Source: a virus. Taken from it: a stretch of DNA of 42,182 nt. The translations under genes and the position numbers were made by a program. The DNA is taken from IMG/VR virus record IMGVR_UViG_3300028602_000033, positions 1 to 42,182 of that record; one strand, 5' to 3'. Positions within the stretch are counted from its first letter, which is position 1; every line of letters begins with the position of its first letter. Under the pieces are notes generated by a model. The model saw only the letters and a list, made by a program, of their open reading frames with translations. It was not told where the DNA came from and did not search any database. This document shows positions 20,508-29,853 of the stretch, piece after piece.

Positions 20508-21572
20508 TTAAGTGGTGTTAATAGCAATGATTGCACCGCTGTTAATACGTTTTGCTTTGTACATGGATGTTATATATACATAATGCATTCTTTTAGACGG
20601 CTTGTACTCAGTTTCAACAGTAACAAGACGCTTGATTACAAGGGCAAGGGCTGCCGTAGAGTCAAGCATAAGCGCCTGGTATCCACGAGTGTCCCCATCA
20701 GCACACTTCAGCAGAGGCAGGTTCTGAGACTTATAAACTTTGAGGTCAAAGAAGTCGCCGACCTGTCCGGTCTTAAGTACACTTCCATCACCTTTCTTAG
20801 ATGCATCGATGAACTGTGGGTTTCTCTTAAGGTCAGCAAACTGTTTTGGCTGAATAACAAGAGTATCCGCTTTAAAGCCAGCTTCTTCCATAAGAACATC
20901 CTGAGCTTCAGTAATTACTCCGAGATCCAGCACGTCACCAGCAACAAGATTAGTCTGAGTAGCTGCCCAGAGAAGACGCTTAGGTCTTCCAGCCGTAGTA
21001 GTTGCAGCAGAAAGAGCACCAGCCTGTGCAGCAGTCCACTTTCCGTTAACGTAGACGTCAGAATCCTGGTTTGCTTCGACATATGTGATCTCTTCATCTT
21101 CAGTGGTAGCTACAGCTTCACTGATAATATCAATATCTTCCTTCTGGGCAACAGCTTTACCAAGCTTCAGAAGCAGGTCATCAATGATTGATACCATTGC
21201 TTCATCAATTGCCTGTTTGGTGATAGCACCAGCAATTGCGACTTCAGTAGGAGTAACAGTGATAGTGTCGTAAGTAAGCTCTGCATTTGGCACAATTTCT
21301 TCGAGATCGTTAGCAATGTCTTTAGGACCATATGTGTCATAGTCTAAGATTGCTTCTCTTGGGATCTTAACAGTGTCACCAGCCCTGTTTACAAGATCCA
21401 TGTTAATTTTACAGAAGTTTCTAAAGATTCTAACTTTATCGGCTTCGTTCTCAATTGTAGCTGCCCATACTTCAGGGATACGTGCGGTAATATCAGCGTG
21501 AGAAATCTCATCGCCATCGGCAAGACTAACATTAGCAGTCTTTGTCATAAGGTCTTCAATAGTTTCAGACAT
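20508..21572 (-). CDS. Major capsid protein (HK97 fold)
   Basis: IPEVWAATI, GDTVKIP, LGKA.AQKED..I, G.VG.FF...V..S, VETEY motifs; strongly biased codon usage; follows the protease/scaffold. Confidence 0.9.
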   Translation of the reverse strand: MSETIEDLMTKTANVSLADGDEISHADITARIPEVWAATIENEADKVRIFRNFCKINMDLVNRAGDTVKIPREAILDYDTYGPKDIANDLEEIVPNAELTYDTITVTPTEVAIAGAITKQAIDEAMVSIIDDLLLKLGKAVAQKEDIDIISEAVATTEDEEITYVEANQDSDVYVNGKWTAAQAGALSAATTTAGRPKRLLWAATQTNLVAGDVLDLGVITEAQDVLMEEAGFKADTLVIQPKQFADLKRNPQFIDASKKGDGSVLKTGQVGDFFDLKVYKSQNLPLLKCADGDTRGYQALMLDSTAALALVIKRLVTVETEYKPSKRMHYVYITSMYKAKRINSGAIIAINTT

Positions 21573-21602
21573 AGTATATAATTCCTAATAAATTTAAATT
21601 GG

Positions 21603-22061
21603 TTAATTTGATACACGAGCTAAACTAGCATTCAATATAGTCAACTGATCTGGTGTAAGCATATTAATAAAGTCAGAATCAATATCAGGATCAATAGATT
21701 TTATTGACGCTACTAGAGATTTAATTTCTTCATCTAATTTGAATTGTACATTCTCTTGTTCGAGCGATGTACATTTACCTTCAAGTATAGCAATAGTAGC
21801 ATTCAAAGTTTCAACTAATTCTTTCAACGATGTAATTTCATTATCTTTTGCAATTAAATCATCACTTAACGAATTGATTGCAATTTCAAGTTCACTAACT
21901 ATAGCGTTGGCTGCCTCTAGTTCAGCCATAGAATCAGTAGAAATGTTAAAAGCTTCATCTTGAACTTCAGTAGTGTTTATAGCACACGTTGTGGTTCCAG
22001 TAGAAGCATTATAAATAATACCTTGAAGATTATCATTAGATGTATTAGAACCAGTAGTCAT
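21603..22061 (-). CDS. Coiled-coil scaffold-like protein, paralogous to the C-terminus of the upstream protease/scaffold
   Basis: IKSIDPDIDSDFINMLTPDQL versus IKVLDPDVDINLITSMSTVQL in the upstream gene. Confidence 0.6.
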   Translation of the reverse strand: MTTGSNTSNDNLQGIIYNASTGTTTCAINTTEVQDEAFNISTDSMAELEAANAIVSELEIAINSLSDDLIAKDNEITSLKELVETLNATIAILEGKCTSLEQENVQFKLDEEIKSLVASIKSIDPDIDSDFINMLTPDQLTILNASLARVSN

Positions 22062-22065
22062 AAAA

Positions 22066-23385
22066 TCAGGTTCCAAAGCTAGAATAAGTATTCTTCTGTC
22101 TCTGCTTTAAAAATGGAACTATTCCGCTAGCCACATCATGTCTGTCAAACGTTGCATGATCTTTTGGAGCAGACAGTTCGACTATTTCATCCGCTTTAAC
22201 AGATTTTCGTTCACCAGCTATCATACTTTTAGAAACAAACCTATCAACAGTAGATTTATACGCAGATAACTGTACAGTAGACATAGACGTAATCAGGTTA
22301 ATGTCAACATCAGGATCAAGTACCTTTATCTCTGACATAATTTTATTACGTTCTGCTTCTTCTGCGGTTTTAATCTGTTCTTGAAGCTTCTCTATAGTTT
22401 TTTTATATACTTCAGCTTCCTGTCTAACTGCAGATAATTCTTCTTTAGTAGAAGATAACTCCGCTTTAGCAGAAGATAAAGCAACTTCCATTTCTTTAAG
22501 TTTGACAGAGGCACTCTGTAGCTGCAGCGACACCGCTTCCATTGTTGATGTAGCTGTAGACAACGCAACTTTAATTTCAGCAAGGTCTGCTATATATTCT
22601 ACAGGAGGCACTCCTGGTGTGGCAGGTTCTTCAATCGCCTCTGTATCTGCAGACATAATAACATCCTCTGGAGGTGTCGCTTCTGTCACAGATATAACAT
22701 CTTCAATTGCGGCAGTCTCTAAATTAGAAATTTCATCTTCAACTTCCACTGTAGGTTCAACTTCTTCTATCACTTCTATCGGCTTAGATGCATTTTCTTC
22801 AACTGCATCTATACTAGACATTATAACAGAATCAGTATCGATTCCACTTTCATCATCATCGGGGCGAGTGCCCTCTTCAATTATTTCTTCAGACATAGCA
22901 ACAATTCCTTCTGGTGTACCTCTGTCTATGTAAATATGCTCAATTCCACACACTTTACACGCAGGATTGGAAACCAATGAAATATTTTTAGCTTGAGTAA
23001 TTTTTCTTGCTATCAAACGGATTTCGTCGTATGTAAAAACCCCCTCAATAGAAAATCCAGTTTTATCACCAGATAATATAGCATCAATACTTTCCTGATG
23101 TGTAACTACTGCATCAACAATTCTAAAACCTAGACGAGTAACTTCAACTTTATTCACTAATCCAATTTCTAGTCCTCTATGTTCACATACTAACGGTACA
23201 CCATTAAAAAGCGGACACGCTTCTATTAACACATCACGAGGAAAAAATATAGGAGGACTGCCTGTACCAGACCATACTCCTTCTTCAATAGCAGGACCGT
23301 CTATGAATAAACGTTGTGCAATTTTATCGTAAGTATAATTTCCAGGCAGTATTGGTATACTTAATGTAATTGTATCTTCGATCAT
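22066..23385 (-). CDS. Prohead protease fused to acidic/coiled-coil scaffold
   Basis: PLVCEH (His), GFSIEG (Ser) and ISLVSNPA motifs; long Glu-rich coiled-coil C-terminus. Confidence 0.8.
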   Translation of the reverse strand: MIEDTITLSIPILPGNYTYDKIAQRLFIDGPAIEEGVWSGTGSPPIFFPRDVLIEACPLFNGVPLVCEHRGLEIGLVNKVEVTRLGFRIVDAVVTHQESIDAILSGDKTGFSIEGVFTYDEIRLIARKITQAKNISLVSNPACKVCGIEHIYIDRGTPEGIVAMSEEIIEEGTRPDDDESGIDTDSVIMSSIDAVEENASKPIEVIEEVEPTVEVEDEISNLETAAIEDVISVTEATPPEDVIMSADTEAIEEPATPGVPPVEYIADLAEIKVALSTATSTMEAVSLQLQSASVKLKEMEVALSSAKAELSSTKEELSAVRQEAEVYKKTIEKLQEQIKTAEEAERNKIMSEIKVLDPDVDINLITSMSTVQLSAYKSTVDRFVSKSMIAGERKSVKADEIVELSAPKDHATFDRHDVASGIVPFLKQRQKNTYSSFGT

Positions 23386-23494
23386 GATATTGGTAAATTG
23401 TAAAGGAAGAGATAGAAAATACCATATTTAAAAAAGAATTTATCAGTAGTGTATATTTAGTTCTCTTCCTGTATATGCTAAAATTTTTCACATA

Positions 23495-23546
23495 TACACT
23501 ATATATAAATCTGAGAATCACTATGTAGTATATAAACCTTTCGGTA
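23495..23546 (-). promoter_or_regulatory. 52-bp repeat copy A, putative late promoter for the head genes
   Basis: Minus strand taCCGAAAGG-TTTATATA (BRE+TATA) followed by conserved GATTCTCAGATTTATATATAGTGTA; 110 bp upstream of the protease gene. Confidence 0.75.
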
Positions 23547-23555
23547 TACTAGTGA

Positions 23556-23780
23556 TCATTTCCATAATCGTTCTAGAAAATGTGCATTAACTGTAGCATT
23601 TGCCAAATTATATTTATCTTTAGGAAACAATGCTGATTGTATTCGTAAAGATCCATCTTGACATTTTCCAACGATTATACTGTATCCATAATCTGTGGAT
23701 ACAGTTCTAAGATCTAACATATCAGAAGATGGTCTAAATGTTGCACGGTAATAATTAAGCTGAATAGACATGTGCGGCAT
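23556..23780 (-). CDS. Small hypothetical head-module protein
   Basis: 74 aa directly coupled to the portal stop codon. Confidence 0.6.
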   Translation of the reverse strand: MPHMSIQLNYYRATFRPSSDMLDLRTVSTDYGYSIIVGKCQDGSLRIQSALFPKDKYNLANATVNAHFLERLWK

Positions 23781-25127
23781 TTATTCCTCCACTTCTTCTG
23801 ATTTGTCTACTACCTTTTCTTCTTCTTTCTGCACGCTATTGTTAACATCTCCTGTGGATTTTCTAGATTTTAGTATATCATCAGTATATGGTCCAAACAC
23901 TTGAGCTTTAGCAAGTATTTCTAAAGCTATGTCAGCACTAATGGCATTTGATTGTACGGCGTACCCTACATTAGTAAGTAGTTCAGTAGTGTCTAGTGTA
24001 GCCGGACTATTAAATTTAAAAGATACTCCATCTGGGAATATTTTATTAAACACTTTACGTTCAAATATAGATGCAATTAATTTCTGACGCATCTTGATGT
24101 GGTCTATCCATTCAGCATACCTATCGTTAAAATCATCTGCTTTGAGGTACTCTGTGGCTGCCAACATCTCTATTGGCATACTGAATGCAGCTGCTATTTC
24201 AGATAAAGTTGGTTCCATGAATCTGAAAACATCTATGTCATTTCGTGGCATACTGTTTTCAATATTGAACCTTTCTGAAGTTACATAGACAGTGCGCGCT
24301 GTAAATTTAGTACCAACTGCCGAAGTTACTTCAGAAATATCTTCAGGGGATGCCCCATCTATTACTATATGACATACAGGAAGACTTCTAATAAAACTGT
24401 CAGAAATAGATGATCTTATATGTCCATATTCAGTGGCAGGATATAGTACAGACTGTATGCCTGGTATACCATCTATATATCCACCTAGTGTGCGGTTTTT
24501 GAACACAACTATACGTTTAGCATCTTCACCTTGCCATATAGCTATATCTTTACCATCTCGCTTCTGGACATACCCTTGTGGTTCTCCTGTAGTTTTATCA
24601 TATAGGATGTTATTTGATTTATCTCTAAGATAGTCCATCTCAGTTGGAGGTAGAATTTCAAACTTCCATGTTTTAGTTTCTTTATCATGGTATATCTCCA
24701 ACATTGGTTGACCATATAAACCAATGAAGCGATTGATATCCCGGATGATTAGGTCTAGATCATTGTATTTGATGATATTGTCTATCTCGGCTTGGTCAGA
24801 AGAATTAGTAGGAGTAATGGAGTATCCATTACGAACTATAGCATCTGATTCAGTATCTAATCCACGGGCTATGTATGAGTTAGTAAGGTAGAGGTACTCT
24901 GCGTTGTCTTCGGATAGAAATTCTGCAGTACCTCTATATCTACGACCTGGTGTAGTTTTCTTAGTGCCTTTTACTGCAGGTTTTGCAAGAGTAAGTTGCT
25001 TATCTAGGTTTACAGCGCCTATATATGAACTTAGACTGAACTGGGATTCTGCTAATGAGGTACTAGAGGAACCTGCACTCTGTGCCTGTTGTGATTGTTT
25101 AGCTTGTTTGACTTTAATTCTCGACAT
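23781..25127 (-). CDS. Portal protein
   Basis: 448 aa directly after TerL; LYG...LEI, Y.G.P.IQSV.Y, I.AAF..P.EML pattern. Confidence 0.8.
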   Translation of the reverse strand: MSRIKVKQAKQSQQAQSAGSSSTSLAESQFSLSSYIGAVNLDKQLTLAKPAVKGTKKTTPGRRYRGTAEFLSEDNAEYLYLTNSYIARGLDTESDAIVRNGYSITPTNSSDQAEIDNIIKYNDLDLIIRDINRFIGLYGQPMLEIYHDKETKTWKFEILPPTEMDYLRDKSNNILYDKTTGEPQGYVQKRDGKDIAIWQGEDAKRIVVFKNRTLGGYIDGIPGIQSVLYPATEYGHIRSSISDSFIRSLPVCHIVIDGASPEDISEVTSAVGTKFTARTVYVTSERFNIENSMPRNDIDVFRFMEPTLSEIAAAFSMPIEMLAATEYLKADDFNDRYAEWIDHIKMRQKLIASIFERKVFNKIFPDGVSFKFNSPATLDTTELLTNVGYAVQSNAISADIALEILAKAQVFGPYTDDILKSRKSTGDVNNSVQKEEEKVVDKSEEVEE

Positions 25128-25168
25128 AGTTGCTCCTGGGAGTAGTGCAGTAACCAGTGCCTCCCTTG

Positions 25169-26557
25169 TTATACAAATACTGATGAATTGTACCCCTTTG
25201 ATAATTCTACTTTAGATCCAGTGAGGATGCCCTGGCTAGAGCCTATAGTTAATCCGCCTGCTTTGGTAAAGATGTTAGCTGCACGAATAGCAAGGGCTAT
25301 TGCTATTGGGATGTCGTCGTGTGCATTTTCTCCATTTAACTTTAAATGACCTGTAGTTGGATTTTCTTCATAATAATATGAAACTAATTCTTCTCTAGTT
25401 TGATCATCATCTGGTAATTGTAAAATACCAGTACACATTGCTATATTTAAGTCTGTCATAAGAGGAACTTTGCTAGTACTTGTAAACTGAAATCCGTTAA
25501 ATCGTTTATTTGGGTATTTAATTTTAAGTTGGCTAACTATAGCTGAACCGATATTCCCTTCGTCTATGAGAACGTTGGTTGGATTAAATGCTAAGACTAA
25601 TTTATATAATTCAGTCATTATTTGGTCTGGTGATTTACCATTAAATCTAACTATATTTACAACTTTTAAGTTAGTTTTATCTGTATAATCTAACACAACA
25701 AAAACTGTGAAGTCATGTTTAACAGCAAGATCAGCTGAAATTACATATTTATGTTCAGGTATAGCAAACTTTATTTGTTCAAGTTCTGGGCGAATTGAAC
25801 GTTCTACACCCTCCATATCAAAGAAAGCTCCTTCGGAATTTCCAAATTCTGCTAGATGTTCTCTTTTGAATTTAGCTGTATCGCGTCCACCACATAATTG
25901 TGCAAACATTTCTACTTCTTCTTCTGGTACTTGAAACGTCCCATCGTCATATACTGCATCCTCATATTTCATGTGGAATGTTGTATATCTAGATCCTGGT
26001 TGAAATGCTTTATAAAATTCTCCTGAATAAGATCGAGGCGTTGAAATAAGAACAATTTTTCCTATATTTTTATTTCGTACATTCATAATTGTAGGATAGA
26101 TAGCTGAAAACATATCATCGGATATATATGCAGCCTCGTCTGCCAAAATAAGGTTAATAGAGGGTCCCCTTAACGAATCGGGGTTTCTTCCTGGGACAGA
26201 TTCGATAACCGAGCCATTAGAGAATTCTATTCTACTTTTAGTATTACGTGTTAATGTGTTTACTAGAATAGAATTAGTTATGATGGAATAAATTTTTTGA
26301 AATAATTCATCTGCTTGTCGTTTAGATTTCGATATACAAACTATTCTACAATTATTGTTAGTAGCAGCCATATGTGCGGCATAAACAGCGAAACAATATG
26401 ACTTGCCAAAACGACGTCCAGCTCTGCAAGCAATGAAGCGGTCTTTACACTCTAAAATCTGTTTCTGACCCTTATGAAGCTCTAATTTTAAAACCCTTTC
26501 CGCAAAAACCACAGGACTTTCTTTAAGCTCTATAAGTTCTTTAACAGTTATAGACAT
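25169..26557 (-). CDS. terL: Terminase large subunit
   Basis: Walker A GRRFGKS, Walker B LILADEAA, ISTP coupling motif, RNase H-like ISADLA..D and HDD motifs. Confidence 0.95.
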   Translation of the reverse strand: MSITVKELIELKESPVVFAERVLKLELHKGQKQILECKDRFIACRAGRRFGKSYCFAVYAAHMAATNNNCRIVCISKSKRQADELFQKIYSIITNSILVNTLTRNTKSRIEFSNGSVIESVPGRNPDSLRGPSINLILADEAAYISDDMFSAIYPTIMNVRNKNIGKIVLISTPRSYSGEFYKAFQPGSRYTTFHMKYEDAVYDDGTFQVPEEEVEMFAQLCGGRDTAKFKREHLAEFGNSEGAFFDMEGVERSIRPELEQIKFAIPEHKYVISADLAVKHDFTVFVVLDYTDKTNLKVVNIVRFNGKSPDQIMTELYKLVLAFNPTNVLIDEGNIGSAIVSQLKIKYPNKRFNGFQFTSTSKVPLMTDLNIAMCTGILQLPDDDQTREELVSYYYEENPTTGHLKLNGENAHDDIPIAIALAIRAANIFTKAGGLTIGSSQGILTGSKVELSKGYNSSVFV

Positions 26558-26619
26558 ACATCTTCACCTGCTCTCAAATCTTCTCAATTCATCTAGTAAA
26601 AACTCATCAGTATACTTTC

Positions 26620-26922
26620 TCATACAATCTCCCCACTAAACACCACGTTTTCCACTGGTAGTTTCTTAAACAACTGTCTAGGACAAGCTTCTGGAAACTC
26701 TACTATAACTCTACTATAACTAGCAGGGAGGCACTCGACGCTGTGTGAGTGTGTTATTAACAATTCAGAACCATTTACATTTAAAGAATTCTTGTCTATC
26801 TGAGTAGCTAATTTACTTAATATAAAACGGTCATACAACAATTTCGCTTCGTGTTCATTGGGTGTTATAACAATAACAAGTTTATTAGGTTCTAGTAAAT
26901 TCAATACATCAACAATTTTCAT
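26620..26922 (-). CDS. Hypothetical protein resembling a degenerate terminase ATPase subdomain
   Basis: VIVITPNEHEAKLLY..NGSELLI..RVIVEFPE aligns by eye with TerL IVCISKSKRQADELF..NGSVIE..LILADEAA. Confidence 0.5.
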   Translation of the reverse strand: MKIVDVLNLLEPNKLVIVITPNEHEAKLLYDRFILSKLATQIDKNSLNVNGSELLITHSHSVECLPASYSRVIVEFPEACPRQLFKKLPVENVVFSGEIV

Positions 26923-27105
26923 AAATACACATCTTCATTTCATGATTTACTCCGCTGAATTTTATAGAGCGTTATTTATAAAACATTCTTTATAAAAATG
27001 AGTAGTATATTATAAAGTAATAACTAATTCGGGAGGATGTTCATTCGCCAAATCTCACTGTCATTCTTCCAGATCATGCGGCATTAACATGCCTTGAGAA
27101 TTGGA

Positions 27106-28011
27106 TCAATCATCCAATTCTATGTCAATTATTTTATCTTCATCAATGTCAGATCGAATAGGACCACTTAATACATTCAGTAAATTAATAGTACCATTGA
27201 CGTTAACGTTTCTACCTTCCCGAGCAGCTTTGCTAACAGCCAATTCTTTTAACCATGCTTGAACTCTTTTATCTAATGAATCTACAACATTTGATATTGG
27301 ATTTGGTTCCTGCCATGTTTCATACGAACCATCTGGTGATGTACGTGTACGTTCTACTAACTCACCATTAGCTGCCAATATCTTATTACCGCGTGCCCTT
27401 CTTACTATAGCCATAGCAAGACTGTCTAACATCACCTGGTCTGCCACATCATCAAGTGCATATTCTTCTTTAAACTTATCCTGAATAGCATCGTAAATCT
27501 GCTGTTCTGGCAAACATCTCGGTACAGTAGAACCATATCTATCTACATTAACCAAAGTTTCTCTAAATGGACACGAATTAGCTATAACACATGTTTTAGT
27601 GCAAAATAATATTTCAGATACATTAAAACCATTTGTAATTGAAAGTGCTCTCATTTTATGAGAATGCTCTTTAGTAAGTTTCTTATCACCAGCATGTGCA
27701 TGACATGTTTCTGCTATAGGTTCTGCTATATTTTGACATCGACCAAATCTATATTCGGTTGAACCACATTCTGGGCATTCTGATTTTTTACAATGGTATT
27801 TAGTATCACAAACTGCACAATATTTATGATAAATATTTTGAGCAGCACACTGTCTAGCTGGTTTACCTTTAAATTCTTCACCTTCGTGTACCCAACCTTC
27901 TTCATTTGGCTGTCCAGCATATGTAGCGGTTGTGTGCGCAGATACATTACGCTTTGAATACTGAGCTTGGTCTCTTTTATTATTTCCCCTTCCGTTTACA
28001 CTATATGTAAT
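27106..28011 (-). CDS. Putative terminase small subunit with N-terminal zinc-binding region; true start probably non-canonical (ATT 28011)
   Basis: Frame open for 123 codons upstream of ATG 27654, encoding CAVC/CPEC and RCQN...TCHAHAG motifs; helical C-terminus (LDKRVQAWLKELAVSKAAR); upstream of terL. Confidence 0.6.
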   Translation of the reverse strand: MTYSVNGRGNNKRDQAQYSKRNVSAHTTATYAGQPNEEGWVHEGEEFKGKPARQCAAQNIYHKYCAVCDTKYHCKKSECPECGSTEYRFGRCQNIAEPIAETCHAHAGDKKLTKEHSHKMRALSITNGFNVSEILFCTKTCVIANSCPFRETLVNVDRYGSTVPRCLPEQQIYDAIQDKFKEEYALDDVADQVMLDSLAMAIVRRARGNKILAANGELVERTRTSPDGSYETWQEPNPISNVVDSLDKRVQAWLKELAVSKAAREGRNVNVNGTINLLNVLSGPIRSDIDEDKIIDIELDD

Positions 28012-28023
28012 GTCAACACTTCC

Positions 28024-28665
28024 TTATGAAATATAAGTATAATAATATAATTTTTGAATTTGTTTAGTCGTTAAGTGTTCGTTAAACACCATAAAATTTT
28101 TAATATATCCGGTAAATGTATTAGTAGTACTACCTGTAGCAGAATTACCTATTAATTTTGTAGAGTATGTAGTAGTTGGTAATGATACTGATGCAACTGT
28201 ATTAATGCTAATACCATTCACATACAATGTCAATGCGGTAGGAGTACCTATACAAACTATATGATACCATTCATTATTGCTTAAAGCAGTACTAGATACT
28301 GTATAAGTAGTGCCTGAATGAGTAGCACTAAATCTAAGTATATTAGAATTATCTATTCTAACTTTAATTGAAGATGTAGAATTTGAATTATGAGCTGTAA
28401 ATAGATAAGCGCTTGCACTAGATGATGGTGGAGTAACTGTCTGATTATACCACATGGAAATAGTAAATGTAGAACCTAATGTAAAAGTAAGATCAGACAT
28501 ACTTGAAGCACCGTTTAGATAAAGTGCTTTAGTTCCATTTACTAGTATATATGGTGTAGCTGTACCGTTTATTGTATAATCTAAATTGGTAATCTTATCC
28601 CGCACCTGTGGGAAAGATAACCATGAAACACAATTGTTGTATTTTAGAAAATCTGTGAGGGACAT
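28024..28665 (-). CDS. LamG/concanavalin-A-like domain protein
   Basis: FTISMWY, NNEWYHIVC, LYVNG, FTGYIKNFMVFN motifs; start moved to ATG 28665 because the track start lies inside the promoter repeat. Confidence 0.8.
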   Translation of the reverse strand: MSLTDFLKYNNCVSWLSFPQVRDKITNLDYTINGTATPYILVNGTKALYLNGASSMSDLTFTLGSTFTISMWYNQTVTPPSSSASAYLFTAHNSNSTSSIKVRIDNSNILRFSATHSGTTYTVSSTALSNNEWYHIVCIGTPTALTLYVNGISINTVASVSLPTTTYSTKLIGNSATGSTTNTFTGYIKNFMVFNEHLTTKQIQKLYYYTYIS

Positions 28666-28689
28666 AGGTATACCAAAATTATGTGAGTA

Positions 28690-28741
28690 TACACTATATA
28701 TAAATCTGAGAATCAACAGGTAGTATATAAAGCTTTCTATT
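28690..28741 (-). promoter_or_regulatory. 52-bp repeat copy B, putative promoter heading the late operon
   Basis: GAAAGC-TTTATATA plus the same conserved 26-bp block; 25 bp upstream of ATG 28665. Confidence 0.75.
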
Positions 28742-28780
28742 GAATTTTAGAAATAGTCGTGATATTGAGTGAACGAAGTT

Positions 28781-28810
28781 CTACTGTAGGCTACTGTAGG
28801 CTACTGTTGG
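28781..28810. repeat. Tandem 10-mer x3 (ctactgtagg, ctactgtagg, ctactgttgg)
   Basis: Directly visible. Confidence 0.9.
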
Positions 28811-29728
28811 AGCGAACTAAGCGCGAACGAAGTGAGCGCAATGAATACTAAGAATAAGTAGATAAAGTTAAAGGGCACTCGGTGCGTTGATTGAAATTTG
28901 ACAATTTTGGCTATACTGATTAGGGCTACCCTGTATTTTTATAATATTCCTAAAATAAAATGGGGGGGATATAGTACACTATAGTATATACATGGCATAA
29001 GCAATGATGTATAATGTATCTCATTAATGAACTATCTTAGTATATGTTATGTAAAGTATATACTAATGTGTATATGATGTGATGATTAGATTATAATGTA
29101 TATTATCTTAAACGAATGGTGTATAACGGATTGATTAAACTACACTGTAAAATGCATACTATAAAATGATTAGATCTTATTGCATATGATTGATTAGATG
29201 TATTGAAGTGTATTATATGTGCCGAGTATCTCTAGCTTTATAAAGCTTTATAACTCTTTATAAATATAATTAAAGCTTTATAAAGCTTTATCTAATGTCA
29301 ACTCTATGTATAAATATGTACTATTAACCGGTTAACTAATGTATTATAATGTACTATGATTATATTAATTAAATTAACCATCATAGTATATACTATTTGA
29401 GTGATAAACATAAACATTCGTATATCCTTATAATAATGATTGACTGCTTATAATCGGTATGCGTTGACATTAAAAATTTATTATACTATTGTGATATGTG
29501 TATAATAATGTTTAATAATCTTATACTATAGTGGTCATTAAGTAAGACTATATTAATTCACATAGACGTATATTATTGACTAGATTTAATTGATTAACTA
29601 ATGTGCTAATTTGTACTATGAAATTTTAAGTTAGAAATAATTCTACTAATTATTATCTAATGTGTTATATTATATTGGATAGCATACTATTTCAATCTTT
29701 AGACTTTTTAATTATTTTATATGTGTAA

Positions 29729-29853
29729 TGTTTGTGCAATTTTTCCACTATACTATACTATCTGGTCAACTATCTGCCAACTATTTTCCACTATACTATA
29801 CTATCTGGTCGACTATCTGTTTGTGCAATTTTTCCACTATACTATACTATCTG
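29729..29853. repeat. Iteron-like direct repeat cluster
   Basis: 36-bp tgtttgtgcaatttttccactatactatactatctg at 29729-29764 and 29818-29853; core ttttccactatactatactatctg also at 29784-29807. Confidence 0.9.

Noticed and set aside
20583-21191. Long antisense ORFs (for example 20583-21191, 22502-22933, 31104-31583, 39759-40136)
   Set aside because: They are shadows of strongly codon-biased genes on the opposite strand, with no SD sites or motifs.
27726-27947. 73-aa minus-strand ORF from the track
   Set aside because: It overlaps, in another frame, the much more protein-like zinc-finger extension of the terS-like gene.
28666-28716. ORF-track starts 'MILRFIYSVY' (also 23324-23521 and 34192-34383)
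   Set aside because: These peptides are translations of the 52-bp regulatory repeat, not real N-termini or genes.
29729-29853. Repeat cluster as a mini-CRISPR array
   Set aside because: The intervening sequences are short, unequal and themselves repetitive (gtc.actatctg), not unique 30-40-nt spacers, and there are no cas genes.
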